Source: Naegleria gruberi (lineage: Eukaryota). Taken from it: 64,000 nt of DNA. The notes beneath the pieces are model-generated. The model was given only the letters and a program-made list of their open reading frames with translations. It was not told the origin of the DNA and searched no databases. The stretch lies in the NCBI GenBank assembly GCA_000004985.1, contig GG738848.1; one strand, given 5' to 3'. Below, in pieces: positions 34,450 through 45,949 of the stretch (positions are counted from its first letter, which is position 1; every line of letters begins with the position of its first letter). The position numbers and the translations under genes are program-made.

Positions 34450-37400
34450 TTATTGTCTCTTGTATTTGATGATATATTCAGGATAGCACTGATATCTATC
34501 ATAGACAATCAATTCTCTATATGAATTACTTGTAGTATTTGATTGGCCAATCACACTATCAAAGACTCTTCTATTCTTTCCAACAATTTCTGGAGGTCTT
34601 CTTTGATTGGTCATTCCTTGGGGTGTGAAATAGACTTGTCTTCCCAAAACAACTCTACACAGGAATATAGTATATTCCTTATTAAGGTCTGGAGTGCAAT
34701 ATTGGTCACTCTTTGAACAATACTCAGCAAAATAAACTCCAGCTCCAAATAAACCACCCAAACTTGCAACTCTTTCATCAAATCCATGTTCTGAAATGGT
34801 TGAAACAAATTCAGGTTTTGTTCCGTGCCATAAGTACTTTTCATTCATTCCACTATTCAATCCAACTGTTTTCATCCATTCGTAGGATTTGCTTGTTTTT
34901 GGCAATAGTTCTGTTTGAACTTGGATTGTCTTGATAGGATCTTGATAAGATGTCAAATGATTCATTCTTGATTTGTATGAAGTGAAAAGTGTTGCATTTT
35001 CAATTCTTGAAACACTTGAAACAATTAATTTGGAATAATTCATTTTCACTTGTTGATCTCTACCAGTTCCAAGTGTTGCAGAATTACATGAAACATTGAC
35101 AATATCTTGAATGGTATTTTTCAAATATTTTGTAACATCCACAATGTAAAATCTTTTAGAATAGGATGTGAATGTATTTCTCTTCCAATAACTTGGCAAG
35201 ACAATATTCAATTGTCTAGATTTGGATTCTTCCAATTCCTTTTCCATGTCTTGTAATTTCTTTTCCTTACTTTTCAATCTGCTAATTTGATTTGTAATTT
35301 CTTCTCTTTCCTTAACACTTTGATTGGTGAATTCCTTTGTTTTCTGTTCAAGTTTCTTGATTTCTTGTGTGAGATTGGATTTATCTTGTTTGAGATTGAA
35401 TTTAACTTGATTCAATTGTTTTTCATATTCCTTCAATTGTTTTGATTGATTTGAAATGGATTTGACTTGTTCTTGAACTTTGATTTCATCCAAGAGAGTA
35501 TCCTTCAAAAAGAATTCACAAACAAGAGCATCTGATGCAAATGGTCTGTCATTTGGATCATTAGTCATACATTGTTGAACTAGAGTATTCAATGATGAGT
35601 AAGTATTCAATTCTTGAGCAGTCATACAATTCTTGATGGTTTTTCCAAATGCAAACATATCTGATTTGAATGTTGCTGATTGACCATTCATTAATTCAGG
35701 TGATAGATAGTCATATGTTCCAGAAACAGAAGTTCTAGTGTACAAATTCATTGTTCTACTTTGAACATCCAAACTAACATCAAAATCTCCCAAAATAATT
35801 GGATATAGACCATTGTTACATTCTCCAACAAATATATTCTCAGGTTTGATATCACAATGAATGACACCTCTGGAATGAATATGTTGAATGGCAATTAATA
35901 CTTGTCTCCATGTTCTTTCCCAAAAAAGTACTTCTAATTTGGTGGATTTTCTTTGTTTTTCAAGAAATTCCTTCAAATTACCATTCGAATAATATGGCAT
36001 TACAATATAAACATTGTTGGTGGAATGGCTATTATCATTAGACATGTAAAATCCTTCAATTTCAATAATATTGTTATGTTTCAACTTTTTTGTAATCTTG
36101 AGTTCTTTTTGTAAACTTTCCAATTTTTTGTTATCCTTGATTGAATATTGTTTAATGATATGTTTCTTATCGTTAATATCAGTTCCAATAAACAAGTGAT
36201 GATTTCCATTCCAATCTTGAATTGGCTTAATTTCTTTGAATAAATCGGCTGACATTTCTTCAATATTCATTGTGGATGCAATACTTGATGACAGGATTGA
36301 CTCAACATTGAATCCAATAGTTTTCAATTGGAGGAACTTCAACTTGATTTCATTTGTCTGTTCAATACATTCCTTGAGTACTTTCTTTTTTTCTTGTAAG
36401 GTTGTTTCCTTTTCTTTAATTTCATCCTCAATTTGCATGGATTCAGTCTTGTTTGTAACATGTACTAATTCATCTCTCAATCCATCAATGTCAAGTTTAA
36501 TAATGGTCAATTCTCTTGTTACTCTTGCTTTCTTTCTTTGTAAAGCAGAATATTGTTCTGTCAATTGCTTGTAATCATTCATAATGTTTACAATATTTTG
36601 CAATTGTTCATGTTGTTCAATAATGAATGGAATGGTTTCTTGAATGAGCTTGTTTCCATTATTAAATTGATTTTGATAATCACAATAAATTTGATAAATT
36701 CCAATTTGAACTAGTTCAGGAAGCAAATTTTTAGTATTAGAAATTGCTTTTTGTAATTCCAATTCCTCCTTTGAAAGCATTTCCATTGCAATCTCTAAAT
36801 TATTTGCAATTCCATTCAAATTAACACTTGTGGCATTATTAATGGATGATGCAATATTTTGTAATTGAGTTGAAATATTTTGTAAAACATTTTTGGATTT
36901 TCCTTCATAATTTGAATCTGTAGTTGAACCATTTAAACTTTTAAGTGTTTTTTGAATTTTTTCAATTGTTAATTCCTTATTTAGGTTATCATTAGCATTG
37001 TAATATTGTAATTGATCTTGATTCAAGTAATTTTGAACAAATTCATCAAATATTTGTAATTTTTCATCTAATGCTTGAATATAGCTATTCAATTGAATTA
37101 AATAATTTTCTGAATTAATTCTTTCTACTATATTTGTAATATTTAACATGTCATTATTAATTAAAGCCACATGTTCAACATTTTCAATATCACACTTATT
37201 ATTCATCAATCTATCATTAATAGTTGAACAACATTCGGATAAAACTCCATTAATTTTCGAATAAACTTGTTGTAGCTCAGTATCAAATGATAATTGATCT
37301 GAAAGTGGAATTACCGAATTCAATTGAGAAGTTACTTGTTTTCTATATTGAGAAACTTTCTCATTCAATGAACACAACTCTGTGAAAACTTGAAATACTG

Positions 37401-38571
37401 AAAGGAAAGTTTGTTTCTTTTCCTTTTCAATTCTTTCCTGTTCAAGTCTTTCGTTTTCAATTCTTTCTTGTTCGAATCTTATTTGATCAGCACGTTCCTT
37501 TTCAAGTCTCTTCTTTTCCAACATTTCTTTTGTAATTCTTTCCTTTTCAATTCTTTCCTTTTCGAGTTTGTCGACTTCTTGTTTAATTATGGAAATTGAT
37601 TTTCCATTAATTTTTAAATTGTTATCAACAACGATATTTGGGGAAGCAAGTAGCAATTTGACAATTTCTAAATTTCCTTTTTGGCAAGCAATAAACAAAG
37701 GAGTGAACTATATATGGTAATATAACTAAATTAATAAATTAAATTTACTTACATTCTAATAAAAATTAGTAAAAAATTTAAATAATAATTGATTGCTTAC
37801 ATTCTATAATGATACATTGAGTATTGAAATATTTCAAATAAATTTTTACTTACATACTAAAATTAATTAATTAAAAAAAATTAATAAAAAATTTTTACTT
37901 ACTCGCTATTTAAATTTTAAATAAAATTAAAAAATAATTAAATACTCACATCCTAATAAACAATATTAAAAAATCAATTAAATTTTACTTACAAACTAAA
38001 TAATATTAACATGTAAATAATAAAATATTATTACTTACAAACTATTATTTTAAAAATTATAAATTTTAAAAATTAAAGCACTTACTCTCTAATAATTATT
38101 TAATACATTTAAAATTAAGTATATTAAGTAATACCTACTTCCTATATAAATATTAAATAAAAAATCGACCATGTAAAATACTTACATACTAAAAATGGAA
38201 TTAAATAAAAAAATAAAATTTTTAACTTACAGTCTATTAAAAATTAAATAAACATTTAAATATAAAACACTCACACCCTACCATCATTAATATATCCAAT
38301 ACATTCACTTCATAACTACTTACACACTAAAAATGTCAACTGTCAACACAATAAATCAAATACTCACACCCTTGTTCACATTAATTTCTGCATAATTCAA
38401 CAATAATTTAACAATTTCCACGCGTCCATTTTCACAAGCATTATACAACATTGTCTTTCCTATTTTTCCATTAGAATATTCATTGATATCTGCTTTTTTA
38501 AACCATTGTTTAAATTCCTTGACATTTCCTGTGGAGGCAGCATCAAGTGCGTTCTCAAAGTTTTTGGACAT
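34450..38571 (-). CDS. Ankyrin-repeat / coiled-coil / protein-kinase-like / PARP-catalytic-domain fusion protein. Last exon 34450..37707, first exon 38368..38571, separated by the mini-intron array.
   Basis: ANK repeats in both exons (GKTMLYNACENGRVEIVKLLL; TPLFIACQKGNLEIVKLLL). Kinase catalytic loop HCDIKPENI with DFD and SPE. C-terminal PARP fold with H-G-T...Y...E (WHGTKPEF, GAGVYFAEY, YRELIVYD). The exon 1 ATG is at 38571; the track M at 38592 is GTG. The internal exon structure is in the feature at 37708..38367. Confidence 0.7.
37708..38367 (-). other. Array of 14 consecutive canonical mini-introns (40-50 nt each), separated by exactly 3-nt spacers (13 putative single-codon micro-exons)
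   Basis: On the minus strand every unit reads TAG|NNN|GT(A/G)AG(T/C). Plus-strand spacer positions are 38324-26, 38274-76, 38231-33, 38186-88, 38139-41, 38086-88, 38039-41, 37993-95, 37950-52, 37903-05, 37854-56, 37801-03 and 37753-55. Unit interiors share no sequence similarity. Only the splice signals and the 3-nt spacing are conserved. Confidence 0.6.
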
Positions 38572-38807
38572 TTTTTTGATCTTGTTGAGCACTCATTCGA
38601 GTAGTAAAGATTATACACAAGATAACACTTCGTTTACTACTGTCAGATCACGTTTCGAGTTGATGGTTGATGGAATGGTTTCTAGAAAAGGAAGATCATG
38701 CCATAATACTTGGAAAAATCTAAATTGTTTTTTACAATGTAAATATTCTTCAAAATAATGTTCGAGTGGAATAGCTGATAAAGAGAATTCAATAAATAAT
38801 TATTTAT

Positions 38808-40349
38808 TCAATGTCCAAAATATTCAATATCCAGCAAGAAGAGAGAAGACATTATAAGTGTTCTCTCAAAGGGAGTGGTTTCCATTAGGAAATTCACCTT
38901 AATATAATCAGGAGTGTAACCTTTCAATTCATAATCTGAATTGAATTTATGAGTGATTGTTGCTACATTCTCTCCCTCAATATTTCTCACTTGAAATTGA
39001 TCTAAAACATGCTTTTCACTTGGTTCTTCCTTTTTTCCATTTGATTTATGTTTTGTAATGATAAATAAGGTTGCATATTTGTACTTGTCATGACTGGATA
39101 AATTACCATTCGCTTGCTTTTTCACACCTTCAACAGTTTGAATCAAATATTGAGTTCTGAGAGAGTAGCTCTTTTTCATAACTCTTCCCAAATCTCTTCC
39201 ACTCTTTGGTTCAATAATTTCCAATTCTGTGGAGAATAAATGATAGGGATGAATCAAATCAATGACACGATAGCTTTGTACTGAGGGTTTGTGAAGTCCA
39301 TGCAATTGATCGAGGAAGGAAAGTTTATCCTCTCTCAAAAGTGGACTTGGATCCATCATGGATTGATTCTCTAGTCTGTCCATTTCATTTTGAGTATAAT
39401 ACATGGACGCTTTAAATTGACGCTTGTGTCCATAGGTTTCAAATTCTTGAGCTGTAGAAGTTTCGAACGCTTCACATTTGAGCCCATTATTCAATTTAAC
39501 AATATACTCATTTCCAAACTCTTCTTTTGGACTTGTCATTGTTTGAGTATGCATCATGGTTGTGTTGGCTGTTGTCATTGAACGATTGTTATGTGTTGGA
39601 TTTCTTCTCTTCTTTCTGTATAATCTAATTTTTGTAACATTATTGAGAATGGCATAGAAAATATCCCTTCTCTCCCTCAAGATTGAATCCAATAGAATGA
39701 TATTCTCTCTTGTAGTGCCTCTCTTCTTCTTACTTGTCATATTTTCAATGAGTCCTGATTCTATGGTATGTGATTGTTGATTCAATTTGTTTATAGCTGA
39801 TGATCCAATTGAAAGATTGGTGCTGCTTGTACTAATTGTTGATGGAGAGGAGCTGACTGAAGAACAAGCTGAAGTTGCATTTGATGCTGCAGCAGAATGG
39901 GAGGAAACTTTCATGATTGAGAAGTGGTTATTCTCTACCGGTGGTATCTGAACATTAAGATTCTTCTTTTTGTTTTCAATGTTTGTTATTGAAGCGCTCT
40001 TTGGAGGTATTTGAAGAGGTGGTCTATTGTTTTGAGGATCTTGTACATTAGTTGAGTTTCCAATATTTGGAATTGTTGTATTTGGAGCAATTAAGAGTTG
40101 TTGAGAATCTTCAGTTGGTGGAGTCTTAACAAAACTCAAATGTTTGGAAAGTTTTCTTGTATGGAGGAGTGGATTGGGATTTCCTTCTCTTGTTGCATTG
40201 TTTATAATTGTTACGTCTCCTCTATTGTCCAACAATGAATTCCCAAATATAGTGCTCGGTTGAGTTGTAGTCAATTGACCACATCCAAGCATAAGTGAAT
40301 GTGGTGTTTGATTTAAATTAGGTTGTCTGTAGATTTGGAGTGGTTCCAT
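38808..40349 (-). CDS. Hypothetical S/T/N-rich protein with a conserved-looking C-terminal globular region
   Basis: 513 aa ORF with ATG confirmed. N-terminal half is low-complexity. No domain recognised. Confidence 0.45.
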   Translation of the reverse strand: MEPLQIYRQPNLNQTPHSLMLGCGQLTTTQPSTIFGNSLLDNRGDVTIINNATREGNPNPLLHTRKLSKHLSFVKTPPTEDSQQLLIAPNTTIPNIGNSTNVQDPQNNRPPLQIPPKSASITNIENKKKNLNVQIPPVENNHFSIMKVSSHSAAASNATSACSSVSSSPSTISTSSTNLSIGSSAINKLNQQSHTIESGLIENMTSKKKRGTTRENIILLDSILRERRDIFYAILNNVTKIRLYRKKRRNPTHNNRSMTTANTTMMHTQTMTSPKEEFGNEYIVKLNNGLKCEAFETSTAQEFETYGHKRQFKASMYYTQNEMDRLENQSMMDPSPLLREDKLSFLDQLHGLHKPSVQSYRVIDLIHPYHLFSTELEIIEPKSGRDLGRVMKKSYSLRTQYLIQTVEGVKKQANGNLSSHDKYKYATLFIITKHKSNGKKEEPSEKHVLDQFQVRNIEGENVATITHKFNSDYELKGYTPDYIKVNFLMETTPFERTLIMSSLFLLDIEYFGH

Positions 40350-40525
40350 TTTGTTTAACTGGTAAATAGTCGTTTAAATGAATTGTTCATTCTTGTATTA
40401 ATCAAAATGATTCTCTGTGATCTAGACTTTATTCAAGCTAAACCGTGTTCTACAATAATTTTCCTCTAAATTGAAGTAGTATAAATAAGTACAAAATCCA
40501 AAAATGTTTTAAAATTTTAACAATG

Positions 40526-41755
40526 TTAAAAGAGACCAAATCTTGTCAATTTTTTGGCCTTCTTTACACTATCAATACCTTTGTCAATATGGTTGTTGGC
40601 TGTTTCTACATTTTCTAGCATTGAATCCAATGTTTCTTGGTTCTCAATAATTATACTGTGCATGTCTTGATACATTCCGTGGAGTTCTGTGTAATCTGTT
40701 TCGAGTCTCTTTAAATCTTCGTGGGTTTCTTTGGCTATGGCTGTTTCTACATCTATAGTGTTCTTGTCCCATTGACTGAGGACAAACTTTTCCTTTTGTT
40801 GTTGTACTTGAACTTGTTGTTGTTGACCTCCATCAACTTCAAAGTTGTCATTCAAATCTGAGCTTGTTGATGGTTTCTTCTTTTCATAAATATCTTTAGT
40901 ATTCTCGCTAATAATCTTCTTATATGAGGCATTATTCAAAATTTTGGTAAATTTAGGTTTCTCTTCATTGTATTGTCTCAAAATTTTATCTGTTATAGAA
41001 TTCTTGGTAACTGTCTTGAAATAGGAATCCAACATTTTTTGGAGATCTTTCAGACGCTTGGTATGTTTGAGAATATCGTTTGTCATACGTTGTTGTGAAC
41101 TTGCTTTCTTTCCAAAATTATCCAATAATTTTTGTGTATTCATTGTGACTTTGATAAATTCCTCAATGGCAACTACAGCATCCTCATAAGAGTTGACAGA
41201 GTCTAATTCTTTGTTATCGTCATCATCCTCTTCATCAACATTTGGTGATTCATTGGAAACATATTCCAAATCATTATCTAATGAAGATTCATTAACAGCC
41301 AATCCATTAATTGTCAACTTCTTTTTTGTTTTAGCAGTCTTTGAACCAATCGATTTCAATCCTTGTTTAAATGTTTTCTTTTGAGTAATAGAGTTGAGAA
41401 TATCCTCAAGTTCTACTTGAGACATTCCTGTTTCCTTCTTTGCAATCACCATAACCATTGGTAATAAATAACTTTCTAATTTAGTCCAATCGGAGAGAAT
41501 TTCTGACCAATCATCAGACTCTGCAACTATAATTTTCTTCCCACTAAATGTTGACCTTTGGTCTAGGAAGGCTTCAGTCTTTATCAATATAACTCTATAA
41601 TTCAATCCACTTGGTTTTGAAAACAATCCTCTCTTAGCCTGTTGCAGAATCATAAAATCATTTTCATAACGAACCGTTTTTCCAAGAGCTGAAACAGCCT
41701 CTACCGTTGAAAAACTACTATTTGTTGAAATTTGTGGTGGGCAATATATGACCAT
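40526..41755 (-). CDS. Syntaxin-like Qa-SNARE domain protein lacking a C-terminal transmembrane anchor
   Basis: The C-terminus LHGMYQDMHSIIIENQETLDSMLENVETANNHIDKGIDSVKKA aligns with the syntaxin SNARE motif ([29 protein letters not shown]...). The ORF ends 10 aa later without a hydrophobic tail. Confidence 0.6.
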   Translation of the reverse strand: MVIYCPPQISTNSSFSTVEAVSALGKTVRYENDFMILQQAKRGLFSKPSGLNYRVILIKTEAFLDQRSTFSGKKIIVAESDDWSEILSDWTKLESYLLPMVMVIAKKETGMSQVELEDILNSITQKKTFKQGLKSIGSKTAKTKKKLTINGLAVNESSLDNDLEYVSNESPNVDEEDDDDNKELDSVNSYEDAVVAIEEFIKVTMNTQKLLDNFGKKASSQQRMTNDILKHTKRLKDLQKMLDSYFKTVTKNSITDKILRQYNEEKPKFTKILNNASYKKIISENTKDIYEKKKPSTSSDLNDNFEVDGGQQQQVQVQQQKEKFVLSQWDKNTIDVETAIAKETHEDLKRLETDYTELHGMYQDMHSIIIENQETLDSMLENVETANNHIDKGIDSVKKAKKLTRFGLF

Positions 41756-42507
41756 TTTCTTTTCTGTACAAAATTGTTATATTATAATACTATATTAAAT
41801 ATTATTATTATTAATTATTAGTTATATTTGATGATGAACGTTTGTTCTAACAACTCTCCGGGTTCAAAGTCTTGGAAAAAAATCTAGGAAAAAATTTGTG
41901 ATGACGGAGTTGAGAGTTTTTTTTATGTGATGTGTAATCTTTCGATCCAGATGAGAATTCGTTAGTAACAAACGACTAGTCTTGATTTATTTGGAATTAT
42001 GATTTAAGGAGTTCTATTTGGGTTGAATTTTGTTGAATTATGTGAATTTTTTTGTAAGCTATTTAGTTTTAATAACAAATAAGATCTGAAAATGATTTAA
42101 CCCAACTCAAATATGAAAGAGTTTTGATTTTTTGAATCATTAAGATTTTACGAGAGACGTTTGATTTTCAAGTTGTTATCACAAAGACGATTTAAATCGT
42201 CCAGTATCGTTTCTTTTTTTATAAGGAAGTTTAACATTAGTTTTTGTGTTAGGCTTAAAACGTTAAAATATCTTAAGCTTGTCAACCTCAAGAAGTATTC
42301 AAGTATCAATCATTAGTTACATAATCTTCAACTATTTAATCTTCTGCCATATAATCAAAGTAGATACATTTTCGTATTCCCAGGTACCACTTCATTGCTC
42401 AAGCATATTCCACTCTTTTAGAAATGAAACCAAGAATCCAGATCTTTCAATCCAAATCTTCAGTAATTGAAACTATTAGTATTTAAACCTCTACAGTAAA
42501 TTTAGCA

Positions 42508-44382
42508 TTATTTCAAACCATCTAAACACAATTTTAAATCATTTTTAGAACAGGGCTTTAAGAGAATTTTGTCGAAAATTTCTCTACTTTGTTCTTCCTC
42601 TGCCGTCAGAACATTTCCTGTGATTAAAATTAGTTTGAAACTATTTCCGTATAATCTCCTTAATTCTTTTCCTGCTTCCAATCCGTTCATATTGGGCATA
42701 TTCTATTTACGCATAGTATTATATATTAATATCAATTAAATATTGGTAATGAAACAAACCATATCTGTAAATACAATTTTGTGATTTTTGTAATTGTCTA
42801 AAAGCTCGCGTCCATCTGAAACTGAATCTGCAGCATATCCCAAGGTACTGAGCATTTTTAAAAGGATTTTTCTATTAACTGGATTATCTTCTGCGAGTAT
42901 GATTTCATTTTCTGATTGTTTGGAACTGGAAGCAGCTGATGAAAGTCTTAAATGTTCCTCATGAATTGTCAATTGTGACTCTACAATCCGTTCCACTGTT
43001 ACTGATTCATTATCAACAAAGTCAGCAAGTTCAAATGGTATTGTAACAGCAAAGTCACTTCCAACTCCAACTGTTGAGTCAACATTAATGGTTCCTTTCA
43101 TATGATTTAATAATATGGAAACAGTTGTTAATCCTAATCCCGAACTTGGTACCTTTGATTCATTATTATTATCCAGTTGGACAAATGGCTCAAATATTTT
43201 GGAAATCAATTCTTTAGGAATTCCCTTTCCCTTGTCTGATATTTTAAATTCAATTTTGGCTGATTTTTCATTCTTTTCCAAGATAGTAGCAGTTAGAGTT
43301 ACATTTGATTTAGGCTTGGATGCCTTGATAGAGTTAGTTAATAAATTAGAGAGTATTTGATAAATGTAAGATCTGTTGCTTTTCACTATCGTATGTGAGA
43401 GTGAATCACAAATAAAATTTAGGTTGATTTCGAATTGCTTTGCATATCCTGAAATAATATTTTGAAGATCAAAGAGACATTTTTCCAGTTCAAAACTTTC
43501 CTTCTTAATTTCATGATCAATTTTTTCTTGGTTAGTTTCATTCTCAATTCTAATTATTTGCAAAATATCCTCAATTAATAGAAGTAAAACATTGTTCGAG
43601 GAAAGGGCCATATCCACTAATTCTGTTTGTGATGAATTTAATTTAGTTTCCTTCAGTAATTCTAAGCATCCTCTGCTTGACATTATAGGACATCTAAATT
43701 CATGTGAGACATGACTCAGAAATGTATTCCTGACCGTTAAAGCTTCCTCCAATTTGGCCCTAGTTTGCTCCAACTTTTCAACCTTCATTGATAGGTATCC
43801 AGTTACGTTGACCAAACTATAAGTTAAAATCCAAAACGAGGCAGCCAATCCAAATGATTCACACAATGAAGTAATCATGTCTACCGTTAATCCGTTAGCA
43901 ATATAGTCCACTATCCCAGTATAAATTCCACATGAAACAAACAGTGTAGTAAAATATAGAGTTGGTATCAGTCCCAGAACTGTTGATTGTAAATACCACT
44001 TATTCTCAAATAGTAACCATATTATCACAGCAGGAATGAACAAAATCTTATTCGATTTGAACAAGAAATACCGTATAGTTGCCGAAACAACCCTTCCCAG
44101 CAGAATATGCCAATCCATTGTCTTGGTTGTATCCTCATTATTTAAAATATTGGCAAGACTCGATCTATTAGAAACAAACAAAAACAAGGCTATTGAAATA
44201 TTCAACAAATTCCCTATCCAATCCAAAGAAACCAATCCATATACTATTGCCAATACATTACAAATCATTAAACTCAAAACAACTCCTTTAGGTGATGAAA
44301 TCATCCTTAACAATTTCAATTCCCATTCACTTCCTTTCCTAGCTGCCACAAAATCATATACTTTAAATTCTTTCCTATTCAT
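42508..44382 (-). CDS. Hybrid sensor histidine kinase (multi-TM sensor, HisKA, HATPase_c, receiver), complement(join(42508..42702,42760..44382))
   Basis: H-box FLSHVSHEFRCPI. N, G1 and G2 boxes (ILSNLLTNSIKAS, DKGKGI, SGLGLT). The receiver begins ILAEDNPVNRKILLKMLSTLGY...IVFTDM and is split by a 57-nt intron (GTTTGT donor, aaatag acceptor, phase 0). It continues NMPNMNGLEAGKELRR...LLKP. Confidence 0.8.
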
Positions 44383-44862
44383 CCACGATGGTTTTTCCCT
44401 CCGTCTTGTATTATTAATATGTATGCAATGATTATCATCAATAATATTTCTTTACATATTTCCGATCTAAATAATTAAAAAACATACTCCAAATTTACAA
44501 CAGGTCGATAATTATCTTGCTGCAGCTGCTCTGATGATGTACCGTTTGCGTTTGTTGAAGAATTTTCACCACTGCTAACATGATTAGTAGAAGTTGGACT
44601 TTGGTGCGTGGGCATTTTTTTGTTATTATTATTCAATTTAAACAAGTTTGGAATTTTTACAGCGCACAATGCAAAAATGAACTACAAACAAGAATGGTAC
44701 AAAAATCTCCATAGATGAATAGATTCCACAAATGCGGAGATGCTCCTAAGTAGGAGAACTAGCATAGTTACGCAGACTTCCTTAGTTTTCCTAAAGTTAA
44801 AAACTTGGCGGAGACATGCTGTGATGGATACAAATATTACACAATTTTTATTATTGACAATT

Positions 44863-45949
44863 TTAATCAAGGAAACCTTGAACTTTCTTTGAAGTGTAGG
44901 CACTTTGTAAGTATTCAACTTCTTCCTTGGTCAACTCAATTTCACAAGCAGCAACACTCAATTCTACATTTGCTTCCTTAGTTGCTCCAATGATTGGACT
45001 TGCAACTCCTGGCTTTGCTAATAACCAAGCGATGGCAATTTGAGCGGGAGTGTAGTTTCTCTTTTTAGCAATTTCTGAAACTCTTCTCATTGTTTCTTTG
45101 TCGCCTTCTGTCAATTGCTCAATCATTTGTTTTTGGAAGAAATCAGAGGTTGATCTTTTGGATTCTCCTTCAATTCGTTCAGTTTCGACAAAGTCATGAG
45201 CTCTAGCTAACATTCCATTAGAGAGAGGACCCCAAGGAGTGAGAGAAACCTTTTGATCGACACAGAGTGGTACCATTTCTCTTTCCTCTTCTCTGTAGAG
45301 TAAATTATACAGATTTTGCATGGAAATAAACTTGGTTAAACCTTTAGTTTCAGCATAATGTTGAGCTTTAGCAAATTGCCAAGCAAACATTGTAGAAGCG
45401 CCAATGTATCTGACCTTTCCTGACTTAACAAGTTCATGAAGAGTTTGCATGGTTTCTTCAATTGGAGTATCCTTATCCCAACGATGAATAATATACAAAT
45501 CAATATCTGAAACCATTAGTTTAGAATAAAACAAAGCAGAATAACTTACAATCAGTTCCCAATCTTTCCAAAGAGTCCTCAACAGCTTGCAAAATATGCT
45601 TTCTTGAAAGACCATGAGAATTAGGTTTCTTTTCCTTGCTAAGCAAAAGTATTTTTTGTTCACCTGATTTGTCAACTGGACCAAAAACTTTGGTAGCAAT
45701 CACAACTTGTTCTCTTGGAATGTTGTTTTCCTTAATAAATTTACCCAAGATTCTTTCACTATCTCCATTGCTATAGATATTGGCAGTATCAAAGAAGTTG
45801 ATTCCCAAGTCCCAAGCTTTCTTAAGAATTGGCATTGAGGCACTTTCGTCCAATACCCAATCTGCAAATTTTGGAGAACCGAAACTCATACAACCCAAGC
45901 TGAGTTGAGAAACCTTCAAACCAGAATTACCCAAGTTAACGTATTTCAT
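44863..45949 (-). CDS. Aldo-keto reductase, complement(join(44863..45506,45550..45949))
   Basis: AKR N-terminus MKYVNLGNSGLKVSQLSLGCMSFG...DTANIY. GTAAGT donor (RC of acttac 45544-45549). ttcag acceptor (RC of ctg 45507-45509). The phase 1 junction gives LGTD-Y-IDLYIIHRWD, which matches the AKR IDLYxIHxPD motif. Confidence 0.8.

Noticed and set aside
37708-38367. The possibility that the regularly spaced units are a CRISPR-like or satellite tandem repeat
   Set aside because: The units share only splice-site hexamers. Their interiors differ in sequence and length (40-50 nt) and the 'spacers' are just 3 nt. Eukaryotic context. Not a repeat array in the CRISPR or satellite sense. Intron-like units fit better.
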